From Eledone cirrhosa (Eukaryota): a stretch of DNA of 64,000 bases. Of the stretch, positions 1 to 12,449 are shown piece after piece. The position numbers were made by a program, and so were the translations under genes. The stretch lies in the NCBI GenBank assembly GCA_964016885.1, contig OZ024741.1, forward strand, positions 24,242,001 to 24,306,000, written 5' to 3'. The notes under the pieces were generated by a model that made no database searches, was not told the DNA's origin, and worked only from the letters and a program-made list of their open reading frames with translations. Position 1 is the stretch's first letter. Each line of letters begins with the position of its first letter.

Positions 1-31
1 TATATAGTAAAAGACTGTGCTGCAGCCATGA

Positions 32-42
32 CCTAACCCTAA
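32..42 (-). other. Telomere-like core CCTAACCCTAA (minus strand TTAGGGTTAGG); first instance, one per canonical monomer
   Basis: Read directly from the sequence. It matches about 1.8 units of the (TTAGGG)n telomere repeat. Function is not shown. Confidence 0.7.
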
Positions 43-2049
43 TCCAGTACATATATAGTAAAAGACTGTGCTTCAGCTGTCACCTAACCCTAATCCAGTA
101 CATATATAGTAAAAGACTGTGCTTCAGCCATGACCTAACCCTAATCCAGTACATATATAGTAAAAGACAGTGCCTCAGCTGTCACCTAACCCTAATCCAG
201 TACATATATAGTAAAAGACTGTGCTTCAGCTGTCACCTAACCCTAATCCAGTACATATATAGTAAAAGACTGTGCTTCAGCTGTCACCTAACCCTAATCC
301 AGTACATATATAGTAAAAGACTGTGCTTCAGCTGTCACCTAACCCTAATCCAGTACATATATAGTAAAAGACTGTGCTTCAGCTGTCACCTAACCCTTAT
401 CCAGTACATATATAGTAAAAGACTGTGCTTCAGCCATGACCTAACCCTAATCCAGTACATATATAGTAAAAGACTGTGCTTCAGCCTTGACCGAACCCTA
501 ATCCAGTACATATATAGAAAAAGACTGTGCTTCAGCTGTCACCTAACCCTAATCCAGTACATATATAATAAAAGAATGTGCTTCAGCCATGACCTAACCC
601 TAATCCAGTACATATATAGTAAAACACTGTGTTTCAGCTGTCACCTATCTCTAATCCAGTACATATATAGTAAAAGACCGTATCTCATCCATGACCTAAC
701 TCTAATCCAGTACATATATAGTAAAAGACTGTGCTTCAGCTGTCACCTAACTGTAATCCAGTACATATATAGTAAAAGACTGTGCTTCAGCTGTCACCTA
801 ACCCTAATCCAGTACATATATAGTAAAAGACTGTGCTTCAGCCATGACCTAACCCTAATCCAGTACATATATAGTAAAAGACTGTGCTTCAGCTGTTACC
901 TAACCCTAATCCAGTACATATATAGTAAAAGACTGTGCTTCAGCTGTCACCTAACCCTAATCCAGTACATATATAGTAAAAGACTGTGCTTCAGCCATGA
1001 CCTAACCCTAATCCAGTACATATATAGTAAAAGACAGTGCCTCAGCTGTCACCTAACCCTAATCCAGTACATATATAGCAAAAGACTGTGCTTCAGCTGT
1101 CACCTAACCCTAATCCAGTACATATATAGTAAAAGACTGTGCTTCAGCTGTCACCTAACCCTAATCCAGTACATATATAATAAAAGAATGTGCTTCAGCC
1201 ATGACCTAACCCTAATCCAGTACATATATAGTAAAAGACTGTGCTTCAGCTGTCACCTAACTCTAATCCAGTACATATATAGTAAAAGACTGTGCTTCAG
1301 CTGTCACCTAACTCTAATCCAGTACATATATAGTAAAAGACCGTGCTTCAGCTGTCACCTAACCTTAATCCAGTACATATATAGTAAAAGACCGTGCTTC
1401 AGCTGTCATCTAACCTTAATCCAGTACATATATAGTAAAAGACCGTGCTTCAGCTGTCACCTAACTCTAATCCAGTACATATATAGTAAAAGACTGTGCT
1501 GCAGCCATGACCTAACCTTCATCCAGTACATATATAGTAAAAGACTGTGCTTCAGCTGTCACCTAACTCTAATCCAGTACATATATAGTAAAAGACCGTG
1601 CTTCAGCTGTCACCTAACCTTAATCCAGTACATATATAGTAAAAGACCGTGCTTCAGCTGTCACCTAACCCTAATCCAGTACATATATAGTAAAAGACTG
1701 TGCTTCAGCTGTCACCTAACTCTAATCCAGTACATATATAGTAAAAGACCGTGCTTCAGCTGTTACCTAACCCTAATCCAGTACATATATAGTAAAAGAC
1801 TGTGCTTCAGCTGTCACCTAACTCTAATCCAGTACATATATAGAAAAAGACTGTGCTTCAGCTGTCACCTAACTCTAATCCAGTACATATATAGTAAAAG
1901 ACCGTGCCTCAGCCATGACCTAACTCTAATCCAGTACATATATAGTAAAAGACTGTGCTTCAGCTGTCACCTAACCTTAATCCAGTACATATATAGTAAA
2001 AGACTGTGCTTCAGCTGTCACCTAACTGTAAACCAGTACATATATAGTA

Positions 2050-5000
2050 AAAGACTGTGCTTCAGCTGTCACCTAACCCTAATCCAGTACATATATAGTA
2101 AAAGACTGTGCTTCAGCCATGACCTAACCCTAATCCAGTACATATATAGTAAAAGACTGTGCTTCAGCTGTCACCTAACCCTAATCCAGTACATATATAG
2201 TAAAAGACTGTGCTTCAGCCATGACCTAACCCTAATCCAGTACATATATAGTAAAAGACAGTGCCTCAGCTGTCACCTAACCCTAATCCAGTACATATAT
2301 AGTAAAAGACTGTGCTTCAGCTGTCACCTAACCCTAATCCAGTACATATATAGTAAAAGACTGTGCTTCAGCTGTCACCTAACTCTAATCCAGTACATAT
2401 ATAGTAAAAGACTGTGCTTCAGCTGTCACCTAACTCTAATCCAGTACATATATAGTAAAAGACCGTGCCTCAGCCATGACCTAACTCTAATCCAGTACAT
2501 ATATAGTAAAAGACTGTGCTTCAGCTGTCACCTAACTGTAATCCAGTACATATATAGTAAAAGACTGTGCTTCAGCTGTCACCTAACCCTAATCCAGTAC
2601 ATATATAGTAAAAGACTGTGCTTCAGCCATGACCTAACCCTAATCCAGTACATATATAGTAAAAGACTGTGCTTCAGCTGTGACCTAACCCTAATCCAGT
2701 ACATATAATAAAAGACTGTGCTTCAGCTGTCACCTAACCCTAATCCAGTACATATATAGTAAAAGACTGTGCTTCAGCTGTCACCTAACCCTAATCCAGT
2801 ACATATATAGTAAAAGAGTATGCTTCAGCTGTCACCTAACCCTAATCCAGTACATATATAGTAAAAGACTGTGCTTCAGCTGTCACCTAACCTTAATCCA
2901 GTACATATATAGTAAAAGACTGTGCTTCAGCTGTCACCTAACTCTAATCCAGTACATATATAGTAAAAGACCGTGCTTCAGCTGTCACCTAACCTTAATC
3001 CAGTACATATATAGTAAAAGACCGTGCTTCAGCTGTCATCTAACCTTAATCCAGTACATATATAGTAAAAGACCGTGCTTCAGCTGTCACCTAACTCTAA
3101 TCCAGTACATATATAGTAAAAGACTGTGCTGCAGCCATGACCTAACCTTAATCCAGTACATATATAGTAAAAGACTGTGCTTCAGCTGTCACCTAACTCT
3201 AATCCAGTACATATATAGTAAAAGACCGTGCTTCAGCTGTCACCTAACCTTAATCCAGTACATATATAGTAAAAGACCGTGCTTCAGCTGTCACCTAACC
3301 CTAATCCAGTACATATATAGTAAAAGTCTGTGCTTCAGCTGTCACCTAACTCTAATCCAGTACATATATAGTAAAAGACCGTGCCTCAGCCATGACCTAA
3401 CTCTAATCCAGTACATATATAGTAAAAGACTGTGCTTCAGCTGTCACCTAACTCTAATCCGGTACATATATAGTAAAAGACTGTGCTTCAGCTGTCACCT
3501 AACTCTAATCCGGTACATATGTAGTAAAAAACTGTGCTTCAGCTGTCACCTAACTCTAATCCAGTACATATATAGTAAAAGACTGTGCTTCAGCCATGAC
3601 CTAACTCTAATCCAGTACATATATAGTAAAAGACTGTGCTTCAGCTGTCACCTACATCTAATCCAGTACATATATAGTAAAAGACTGTGCTTCAGCCATG
3701 ACCTAACTCTAATCCAGTACATATATAGTAAAAGACTGTGCTTCAGCTGTCACCTAACCCTAATCCAGTACATATATAGTAAAAGACTGTGCTTCAGCCA
3801 TGACCTAACCCTAATCCAGTACATATATAGTAAAAGACCGTGTTTCAGCTGTCACCTACATCTAATCCAGTACATATATAGTAAAAGACTGTGCTTCAGC
3901 CATGACCTAACTCTAATCCAGTACATATATAGTAAAAGACTGTGCTTCAGCTGTCACCTAACCCTAATCCAGTACATATATAGTAAAAGACTGTGCTTCA
4001 GCCATGACCTAACCATAATGCAGTACATATATAGTAAAAGACTGTGCTTCAGCTGTCACCTAACTCTAATCCAGTACATATATAGTAAAAGACTGTGCTT
4101 CAGCTGTCACCTAACTCTAATCCAGTACATATATAGTAAAAGACTGTGCTTCAGCTGTGACCTAACCTTAATCCAGTACATATATAGTAAAAGACCGTGC
4201 CTCAGCCATGACCTAACCCTAATCCAGTACATATATAGTAAAAGACTGTGCTTCAGCTGTCACCTAACTCTAATCCAGTACATATATAGTAAAAGACCGT
4301 GTTTCAGCTGTGACCTAACCCTAATCCAGTACATATATAGTAAAAGACTGTGCTTCAGCCATGACCTAACCCTAATCCAGTACATATATAGTAAAAGACT
4401 GTGCTTCAGCCATGACCTAACCCTAATCCAGTACATATATAGTAAAAGACTGTGCTTCAGACATGACCTCACCCTAATCCAGTACATATATAGTAAAAAC
4501 TGTGCTTCAGCTGTCACCTTACCCTAATCCAGTACATATATAGTAAAAGACTGTGTTTCAGCTGTCACCTAACCCTAATCCAGTACATATATAGTAAAAG
4601 ACCGTGCTTCAGCCATGACCTAACCCTAATCCAGTACATATATAGTAAAAGACTTTGCTTCAGCCATGATCTAACCCTAATCCAGTACATATATAGTAAA
4701 AGACTGTGCTTCAGCTGTCACCTAACCCTAATCCAGTACATATATAGTAAAAGACTGTGCTTCAGCTGACTCCTAACCCTAATCCAGTACATATATAGTA
4801 AAAGACTGTGCTTCAGCTGTCACCTAACTCTAATCCAGTACATATATAGTAAAAGACCGTGCTTCAGCCATGACGTAACTTTAATCCAATCCATATATAG
4901 TAAAAGACTGTGCTTCAGCTGTCACCTAACCCTAATCCAGTACATATATAGTAAAAGACCGTGCTTCAGCTGTCACCTAACCTTAATCCAGTACATATAT

Positions 5001-8000
5001 AGTAAAAGACTGTGCTTCAGCCATGACCTAACTCTAATCCAGTACATATATAGTAAAAGACTGTGCTTCAGCTGTCACCTAACTGTAATCCAGTACATAT
5101 ATAGTAAAAGACTGTGCTTCAGCTGTCACCTAACTCTAATCCAGTACATATATAGTAAATGACTGTGCTTCAGCTGTCACCTAACCCTAATCCAGTACAT
5201 ATATAGTAAAAGACTGTGCTTCAGCCATGACCTAACTCTAATCCAGTACATATATAGTAAAAGACTGTGCTTCAGCTGTCACCTAACTGTAATCCAGTAC
5301 ATATATAGTAAAAGACTGTGCTTCAGCTGTCACCTAACTCTAATCCAGTACATATATAGTAAATGACTGTGCTTCAGCTGTCACCTAACTCTAATCCTGT
5401 ACATATATAGTAAAAGACTGTGCTTCAGCTGTCACCTAACCCTAATCCAGTACATATATAGTAAAAGACTGTGCTTCAGCTGTCACCTAACCCTAATCCT
5501 GTACATATATAGTAAAAGACTGTGCTTCAGCTGTGACCTAACCCTAATCCAGTACATATATAGTAAAAGACTGTGCTTCAGCTGTCACCTAACTCTAATC
5601 CAGTACATATATAGTAAAAGACCGTGCCTCAGCCATGACCTTACTCTAATCCAGTACATATATAGTAAAAGACTGTGCTTCAGCTGTCACCTAACTGTAA
5701 TCCAGTACATATATAGTAAAAGACTGTGCTTCAGCTGTCACCTAACCCTAATCCAGTACATATATAGTAAAAGACTGTGCTTCAGCCATGACCTAACCCT
5801 AATCCAGTACATATATAGTAAAAGACTGTGCTTCAGCCATGACCTAACCCTAATCCAGTACATATATAGTAAAAGACTGTGCTTCAGCTGTGACCTAACC
5901 CTAATCCAGTACATATATAGTAAAAGACTGTGCTTCAGCTGTCACCTAACCTTAATCCAGTACATATATAGTAAAAGACTGTGCTTCAGCTGTCACCTAA
6001 CTCTAAACCAGTACATATATAGTAAAAGACCGTGCTTCAGCTGTCACCTAACCTTAATCCAGTACATATATAGTAAAAGACCGTGCTTCAGCTGTCATCT
6101 AACCTTAATCCAGTACATATATAGCAAAAGACCGTGCTTCAGCTGTCACCTAACTCTAATCCAGTACATATATAGTAAAAGACTGTGCTGCAGCCATGAC
6201 CTAACCTTAATCCAGTACATATATAGTAAAAGACTGTGCTTCAGCTGTCACCTAACTCTAATCCAGTACATATATAGTAAAAGACCGTGCTTCAGCTGTC
6301 ACCTAACCTTAATCCAGTACATATATAGTAAAAGACCGTGCTTCAGCTGTCACCTAACCCTAATCCAGTACATATATAGTAAAAGACTGTGCTTCAGCCA
6401 TGACCTAACCCTAATCCAGTACATATATAGTAAAAGACTGTGCTTCAGCTGTCACCTAACCCTAATCCAGTACATATATAGTAAAAGACTGTGCTTCAGC
6501 CATGACCTAACCCTAATCCAGTACATATATAGTAAAAGACAGTGCCTCAGCTGTCACCTAACCCTAATCCAGTACATATATAGTAAAAGACTGTGCTTCA
6601 GCTGTCACCTAACCCTAATCCAGTACATATATAGTAAAAGACTGTGCTTCAGCTGTCACCTAACTCTAATCCAGTACATATATAGTAAAAGACTGTGCTT
6701 CAGCTGTCACCTAACTCTAATCCAGTACATATATAGTAAAAGACCGTGCCTCAGCCATGACCTAACTCTAATCCAGTACATATATAGTAAAAGACTGTGC
6801 TTCAGCTGTCACCTAACTGTAATCCAGTACATATATAGTAAAAGACTGTGCTTCAGCTGTCACCTAACCCTAATCCAGTACATATATAGTAAAAGACTGT
6901 GCTTCAGCCATGACCTAACCCTAATCCAGTACATATATAGTAAAAGACTGTGCTTCAGCTGTCACCTAACCCTAATCCAGTACATATAATAAAAGACTGT
7001 GCTTCAGCTGTCACCTAACCCTAATCCAGTACATATATAGTAAAAGACTGTGCTTCAGCTGTCACCTAACCCTAATCCAGTACATATATAGTAAAAGAGT
7101 ATGCTTCAGCTGTCACCTAACCCTAATCCAGTACATATATAGTAAAAGACTGTGCTTCAGCTGTCACCTAACCTTAATCCAGTACATATATAGTAAAAGA
7201 CTGTGCTTCAGCTGTCACCTAACTCTAATCCAGTACATATATAGTAAAAGACCGTGCTTCAGCTGTCACCTAACCTTAATCCAGTACATATATAGTAAAA
7301 GACCGTGCTTCAGCTGTCATCTAACCTTAATCCAGTACATATATAGTAAAAGACCGTGCTTCAGCTGTCACCTAACTCTAATCCAGTACATATATAGTAA
7401 AAGACTGTGCTGCAGCCATGACCTAACCTTAATCCAGTACATATATAGTAAAAGACTGTGCTTCAGCTGTCACCTAACTCTAATCCAGTACATATATAGT
7501 AAAAGACCGTGCTTCAGCTGTCACCTAACCTTAATCCAGTACATATATAGTAAAAGACCGTGCTTCAGCTGTCACCTAACCCTAATCCAGTACATATATA
7601 GTAAAAGACTGTGCTTCAGCTGTCACCTAACTCTAATCCAGTACATATATAGTAAAAGACCGTGCCTCAGCCATGACCTAACTCTAATCCAGTACATATA
7701 TAGTAAAAGACTGTGCTTCAGCTGTCACCTAACTCTAATCCGGTACATATATAGTAAAAGACTGTGCTTCAGCTGTCACCTAACTCTAATCCGGTACATA
7801 TGTAGTAAAAAACTGTGCTTCAGCTGTCACCTAACTCTAATCCAGTACATATATAGTAAAAGACTGTGCTTCAGCCATGACCTAACTCTAATCCAGTACA
7901 TATATAGTAAAAGACTGTGCTTCAGCTGTCACCTACATCTAATCCAGTACATATATAGTAAAAGACTGTGCTTCAGCCATGACCTAACTCTAATCCAGTA

Positions 8001-9200
8001 CATATATAGTAAAAGACTGTGCTTCAGCTGTCACCTAACCCTAATCCAGTACATATATAGTAAAAGACTGTGCTTCAGCCATGACCTAACCCTAATCCAG
8101 TACATATATAGTAAAAGACCGTGTTTCAGCTGTCACCTACATCTAATCCAGTACATATATAGTAAAAGACTGTGCTTCAGCCATGACCTAACTCTAATCC
8201 AGTACATATATAGTAAAAGACTGTGCTTCAGCTGTCACCTAACCCTAATCCAGTACATATATAGTAAAAGACTGTGCTTCAGCCATGACCTAACCATAAT
8301 GCAGTACATATATAGTAAAAGACTGTGCTTCAGCTGTCACCTAACTCTAATCCAGTACATATATAGTAAAAGACTCTGCCTCAGCTGTCACCTAACTCTA
8401 ATCCAGTACATATATAGTAAAAGACTGTGCTTCAGCTGTGACCTAACCTTAATCCAGTACATATATAGTAAAAGACCGTGCCTCAGCCATGACCTAACCC
8501 TAATCCAGTACATATATAGTAAAAGACTGTGCTTCAGCTGTCACCTAACTCTAATCCAGTACATATATAGTAAAAGACCGTGTTTCAACTGTGACCTAAC
8601 CCTAATCCAGTACATATATAGTAAAAGACTGTGCTTCAGCCATGACCTAACCCTAATCCAGTACATATATAGTAAAAGACTGTGCTTCAGCCATGACCTA
8701 ACCCTAATCCAGTACATATATAGTAAAAGACTGTGCTTCAGACATGACCTCACCCTAATCCAGTACATATATAGTAAAAACTGTGCTTCAGCTGTCACCT
8801 TACCCTAATCCAGTACATATATAGTAAAAGACTGTGTTTCAGCTGTCACCTAACCCTAATCCAGTACATATATAGTAAAAGAACGTGCTTCAGCCATGAC
8901 CTAACCCTAATCCAGTACATATATAGTAAAAGACTTTGCTTCAGCCATGACCTAACCCTAATCCAGTACATATATAGTAAAAGACTGTGCTTCAGCTGTC
9001 ACCTAACCCTAATCCAGTACATATATAGTAAAAGACTGTGCTTCAGCTGACTCCTAACCCTAATCCAGTACATATATAGTAAAAGACTGTGCTTCAGCTG
9101 TCACCTAACTCTAATCCAGTACATATATAGTAAAAGACCGTGCTTCAGCTGTGACGTAACTTTAATCCAATCCATATATAGTAAAAGACTGTGCTTCAGC
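2050..9200. repeat. Higher-order duplication, offset 4281 bp (84 x 51 - 3); about 2050-4920 vs about 6330-9200
   Basis: GACAGTG 2260/6541, GAGTATG 2816/7097, ORF starts 4018/8299 and ends 4527/8808. One 1-bp and one 2-bp deletion account for the -3. Confidence 0.9.
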
Positions 9201-11820
9201 TGTCACCTAACTCTAATCCTGTACATATATAGTAAAAGACTGTGCTTCAGCTGTCACCTAACCCTAATCCAGTACATATATAGTAAAAGACTGTGCTTCA
9301 GCTGTCACCTAACCCTAATCCTGTACATATATAGTAAAAGACTGTGCTTCAGCTGTGACCTAACCCTAATCCAGTACATATATAGTAAAAGACTGTGCTT
9401 CAGCTGTCACCTAACTCTAATCCAGTACATATATAGTAAAAGACCGTGCCTCAGACATGACCTTACTCTAATCCAGTACATATATAGTAAAAGACTGTGC
9501 TTCAGCTGTCACCTAACTGTAATCCAGTACATATATAGTAAAAGACTGTGCTTCAGCTGTCACCTAACCCTAATCCAGTACATATATAGTAAAAGACTGT
9601 GCTTCAGCCATGACCTAACCCTAATCCAGTACATATATAGTAAAAGACTGTGCTTCAGCCATGACCTAACCCTAATCCAGTACATATATAGTAAAAGACT
9701 GTGCTTCAGCTGTGACCTAACCCTAATCCAGTACATATAATAAAAGACTGTGCTTCAGCTGTCACCTAACCCTAATCCAGTACATATATAGTAAAAGACT
9801 GTGCTTCAGCTGTCACCTAACCCTAATCCAGTACATATATAGTAAAAGAGTATGCTTCAGCTGTCACCTAACCCTAATCCAGTACATATATAGTAAAAGA
9901 CTGTGCTTCAGCTGTCACCTAACCTTAATCCAGTACATATATAGTAAAAGACTGTGCTTCAGCTGTCACCTAACTCTAAACCAGTACATATATAGTAAAA
10001 GACCGTGCTTCAGCTGTCACCTAACCTTAATCCAGTACATATATAGTAAAAGACCGTGCTTCAGCTGTCATCTAACCTTAATCCAGTACATATATAGCAA
10101 AAGACCGTGCTTCAGCTGTCACCTAACTCTAATCCAGTACATATATAGTAAAAGACTGTGCTGCAGCCATGACCTAACCTTAATCCAGTACATATATAGT
10201 AAAAGACTGTGCTTCAGCTGTCACCTAACTCTAATCCAGTACATATATAGTAAAAGACCGTGCTTCAGCTGTCACCTAACCTTAATCCAGTACATATATA
10301 GTAAAAGACCGTGCTTCAGCTGTCACCTAACCCTAATCCAGTACATATATAGTAAAAGACTGTGCTTCAGCTGTCACCTAACTCTAATCCAGTACATATA
10401 TAGTAAAAGACTGTGCTTCAGCTGTCACCTAACTCTAATCCAGTACATATATAGTAAAAGACTGTGCCTCAGCTGTGACCTAACCCTAATCCAATCCATA
10501 TATAGTAAAAGACTGTGCTTCAGCTGTCACCTAACTCTAATCCTGTACATATATAGTAAAAGACTGTGCTTCAGCTGTCACCTAACCCTAATCCAGTACA
10601 TATATAGTAAAAGACTGTGCTTCAGCTGTCACCTAACCCTAATCCTGTACATATATAGTAAAAGACTGTGCTTCAGCTGTGACCTAACCCTAATCCAGTA
10701 CATATATAGTAAAAGACTGTGCTTCAGCTGTCACCTAACTCTAATCCAGTACATATATAGTAAAAGACCGTGCCTCAGACATGACCTTACTCTAATCCAG
10801 TACATATATAGTAAAAGACTGTGCTTCAGCTGTCACCTAACTGTAATCCAGTACATATATAGTAAAAGACTGTGCTTCAGCTGTCACCTAACCCTAATCC
10901 AGTACATATATAGTAAAAGACTGTGCTTCAGCCATGACCTAACCCTAATCCAGTACATATATAGTAAAAGACTGTGCTTCAGCCATGACCTAACCCTAAT
11001 CCAGTACATATATAGTAAAAGACTGTGCTTCAGCTGTGACCTAACCCTAATCCAGTACATATAATAAAAGACTGTGCTTCAGCTGTCACCTAACCCTAAT
11101 CCAGTACATATATAGTAAAAGACTGTGCTTCAGCTGTCACCTAACCCTAATCCAGTACATATATAGTAAAAGAGTATGCTTCAGCTGTCACCTAACCCTA
11201 ATCCAGTACATATATAGTAAAAGACTGTGCTTCAGCTGTCACCTAACCTTAATCCAGTACATATATAGTAAAAGACTGTGCTTCAGCTGTCACCTAACTC
11301 TAAACCAGTACATATATAGTAAAAGACCGTGCTTCAGCTGTCACCTAACCTTAATCCAGTACATATATAGTAAAAGACTGTGCTTCAGCTGTCATCTAAC
11401 CTTAATCCAGTACATATATAGCAAAAGACCGTGCTTCAGCTGTCACCTAACTCTAATCCAGTACATATATAGTAAAAGACTGTGCTGCAGCCATGACCTA
11501 ACCTTAATCCAGTACATATATAGTAAAAGACTGTGCTTCAGCTGTCACCTAACTCTAATCCAGTACATATATAGTAAAAGACCGTGCTTCAGCTGTCACC
11601 TAACCTTAATCCAGTACATATATAGTAAAAGACCGTGCTTCAGCTGTCACCTAACCCTAATCCAGTACATATATAGTAAAAGACTGTGCTTCAGCTGTCA
11701 CCTAACTCTAATCCAGTACATATATAGTAAAAGACCGTGCTTCAGCTGTCACCTAACCCTAATCCAGTACATATATAGTAAAAGACTGTGCTTCAGCTGT
11801 CACCTAACTCTAATCCAGTA
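9170..11820. repeat. Tandem duplication, offset 1324 bp (26 x 51 - 2)
   Basis: CCAATCC 9167/10491, GAGTATG 9848/11172. The CAGACATGACCTTAC variant and the 2-bp deletion are in both copies. Confidence 0.9.
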
Positions 11821-12449
11821 CATATATAGTAAAAGACTGTGCCTCAGCTGTGACCTAACCCTAATCCAGTACATATATAGTAAAAGACTGTGCTTCAGCA
11901 GTCACCTAACTCTAATCCGGTACATATATAGTAAAAGACTGTGCTTCAGCTGTCACCTAACTCTAATCCGGTACATATGTAGTAAAAAACTGTGCTTCAG
12001 CTGTCACCTAACTCTAATCCAGTACATATATAGTAAAAGACTGTGCTTCAGCCATGACCTAACTTTAATCCAGTACATATATAGTAAAAGACTGTGCTTC
12101 AGCTGTCACCTAACCCTAATCCAGTACATATATAGTAAAAGACTGTGCTTCAGTCATGACCTAACCCTAATCCAGTACGTATATAGTAAAAGACTGTGCT
12201 TCAGCCATGACCTAACCATAATGCAGTACATATATAGTAAAAGACTGTGCTTCAGCTGTCACCTAACTCTAATCCAGTACATATATAGTAAAAGACTGTG
12301 CTTCAGCTGTCACCTAACTCTAATCCAGTACATATATAGTAAAAGACTGTGCTTCAGCTGTGACCTAACCTTAATCCAGTACATATATAGTAAAAGACCG
12401 TGCCTCAGCCATGACCTAACCCTAATCCAGTACATATATAGTAAAAGAC

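Noticed and set aside
1-12. TATA-box-like TATATAG and E-box CAGCTG as promoter elements
   Set aside because: Short motifs repeated hundreds of times with no associated gene. Function cannot be supported from sequence.
3514-3523. Perfect palindrome TACATATGTA and short hairpins such as GACAG...CTGTC in variant monomers
   Set aside because: These are single-substitution by-products of an AT-alternating tract, too short and too rare to imply structure.
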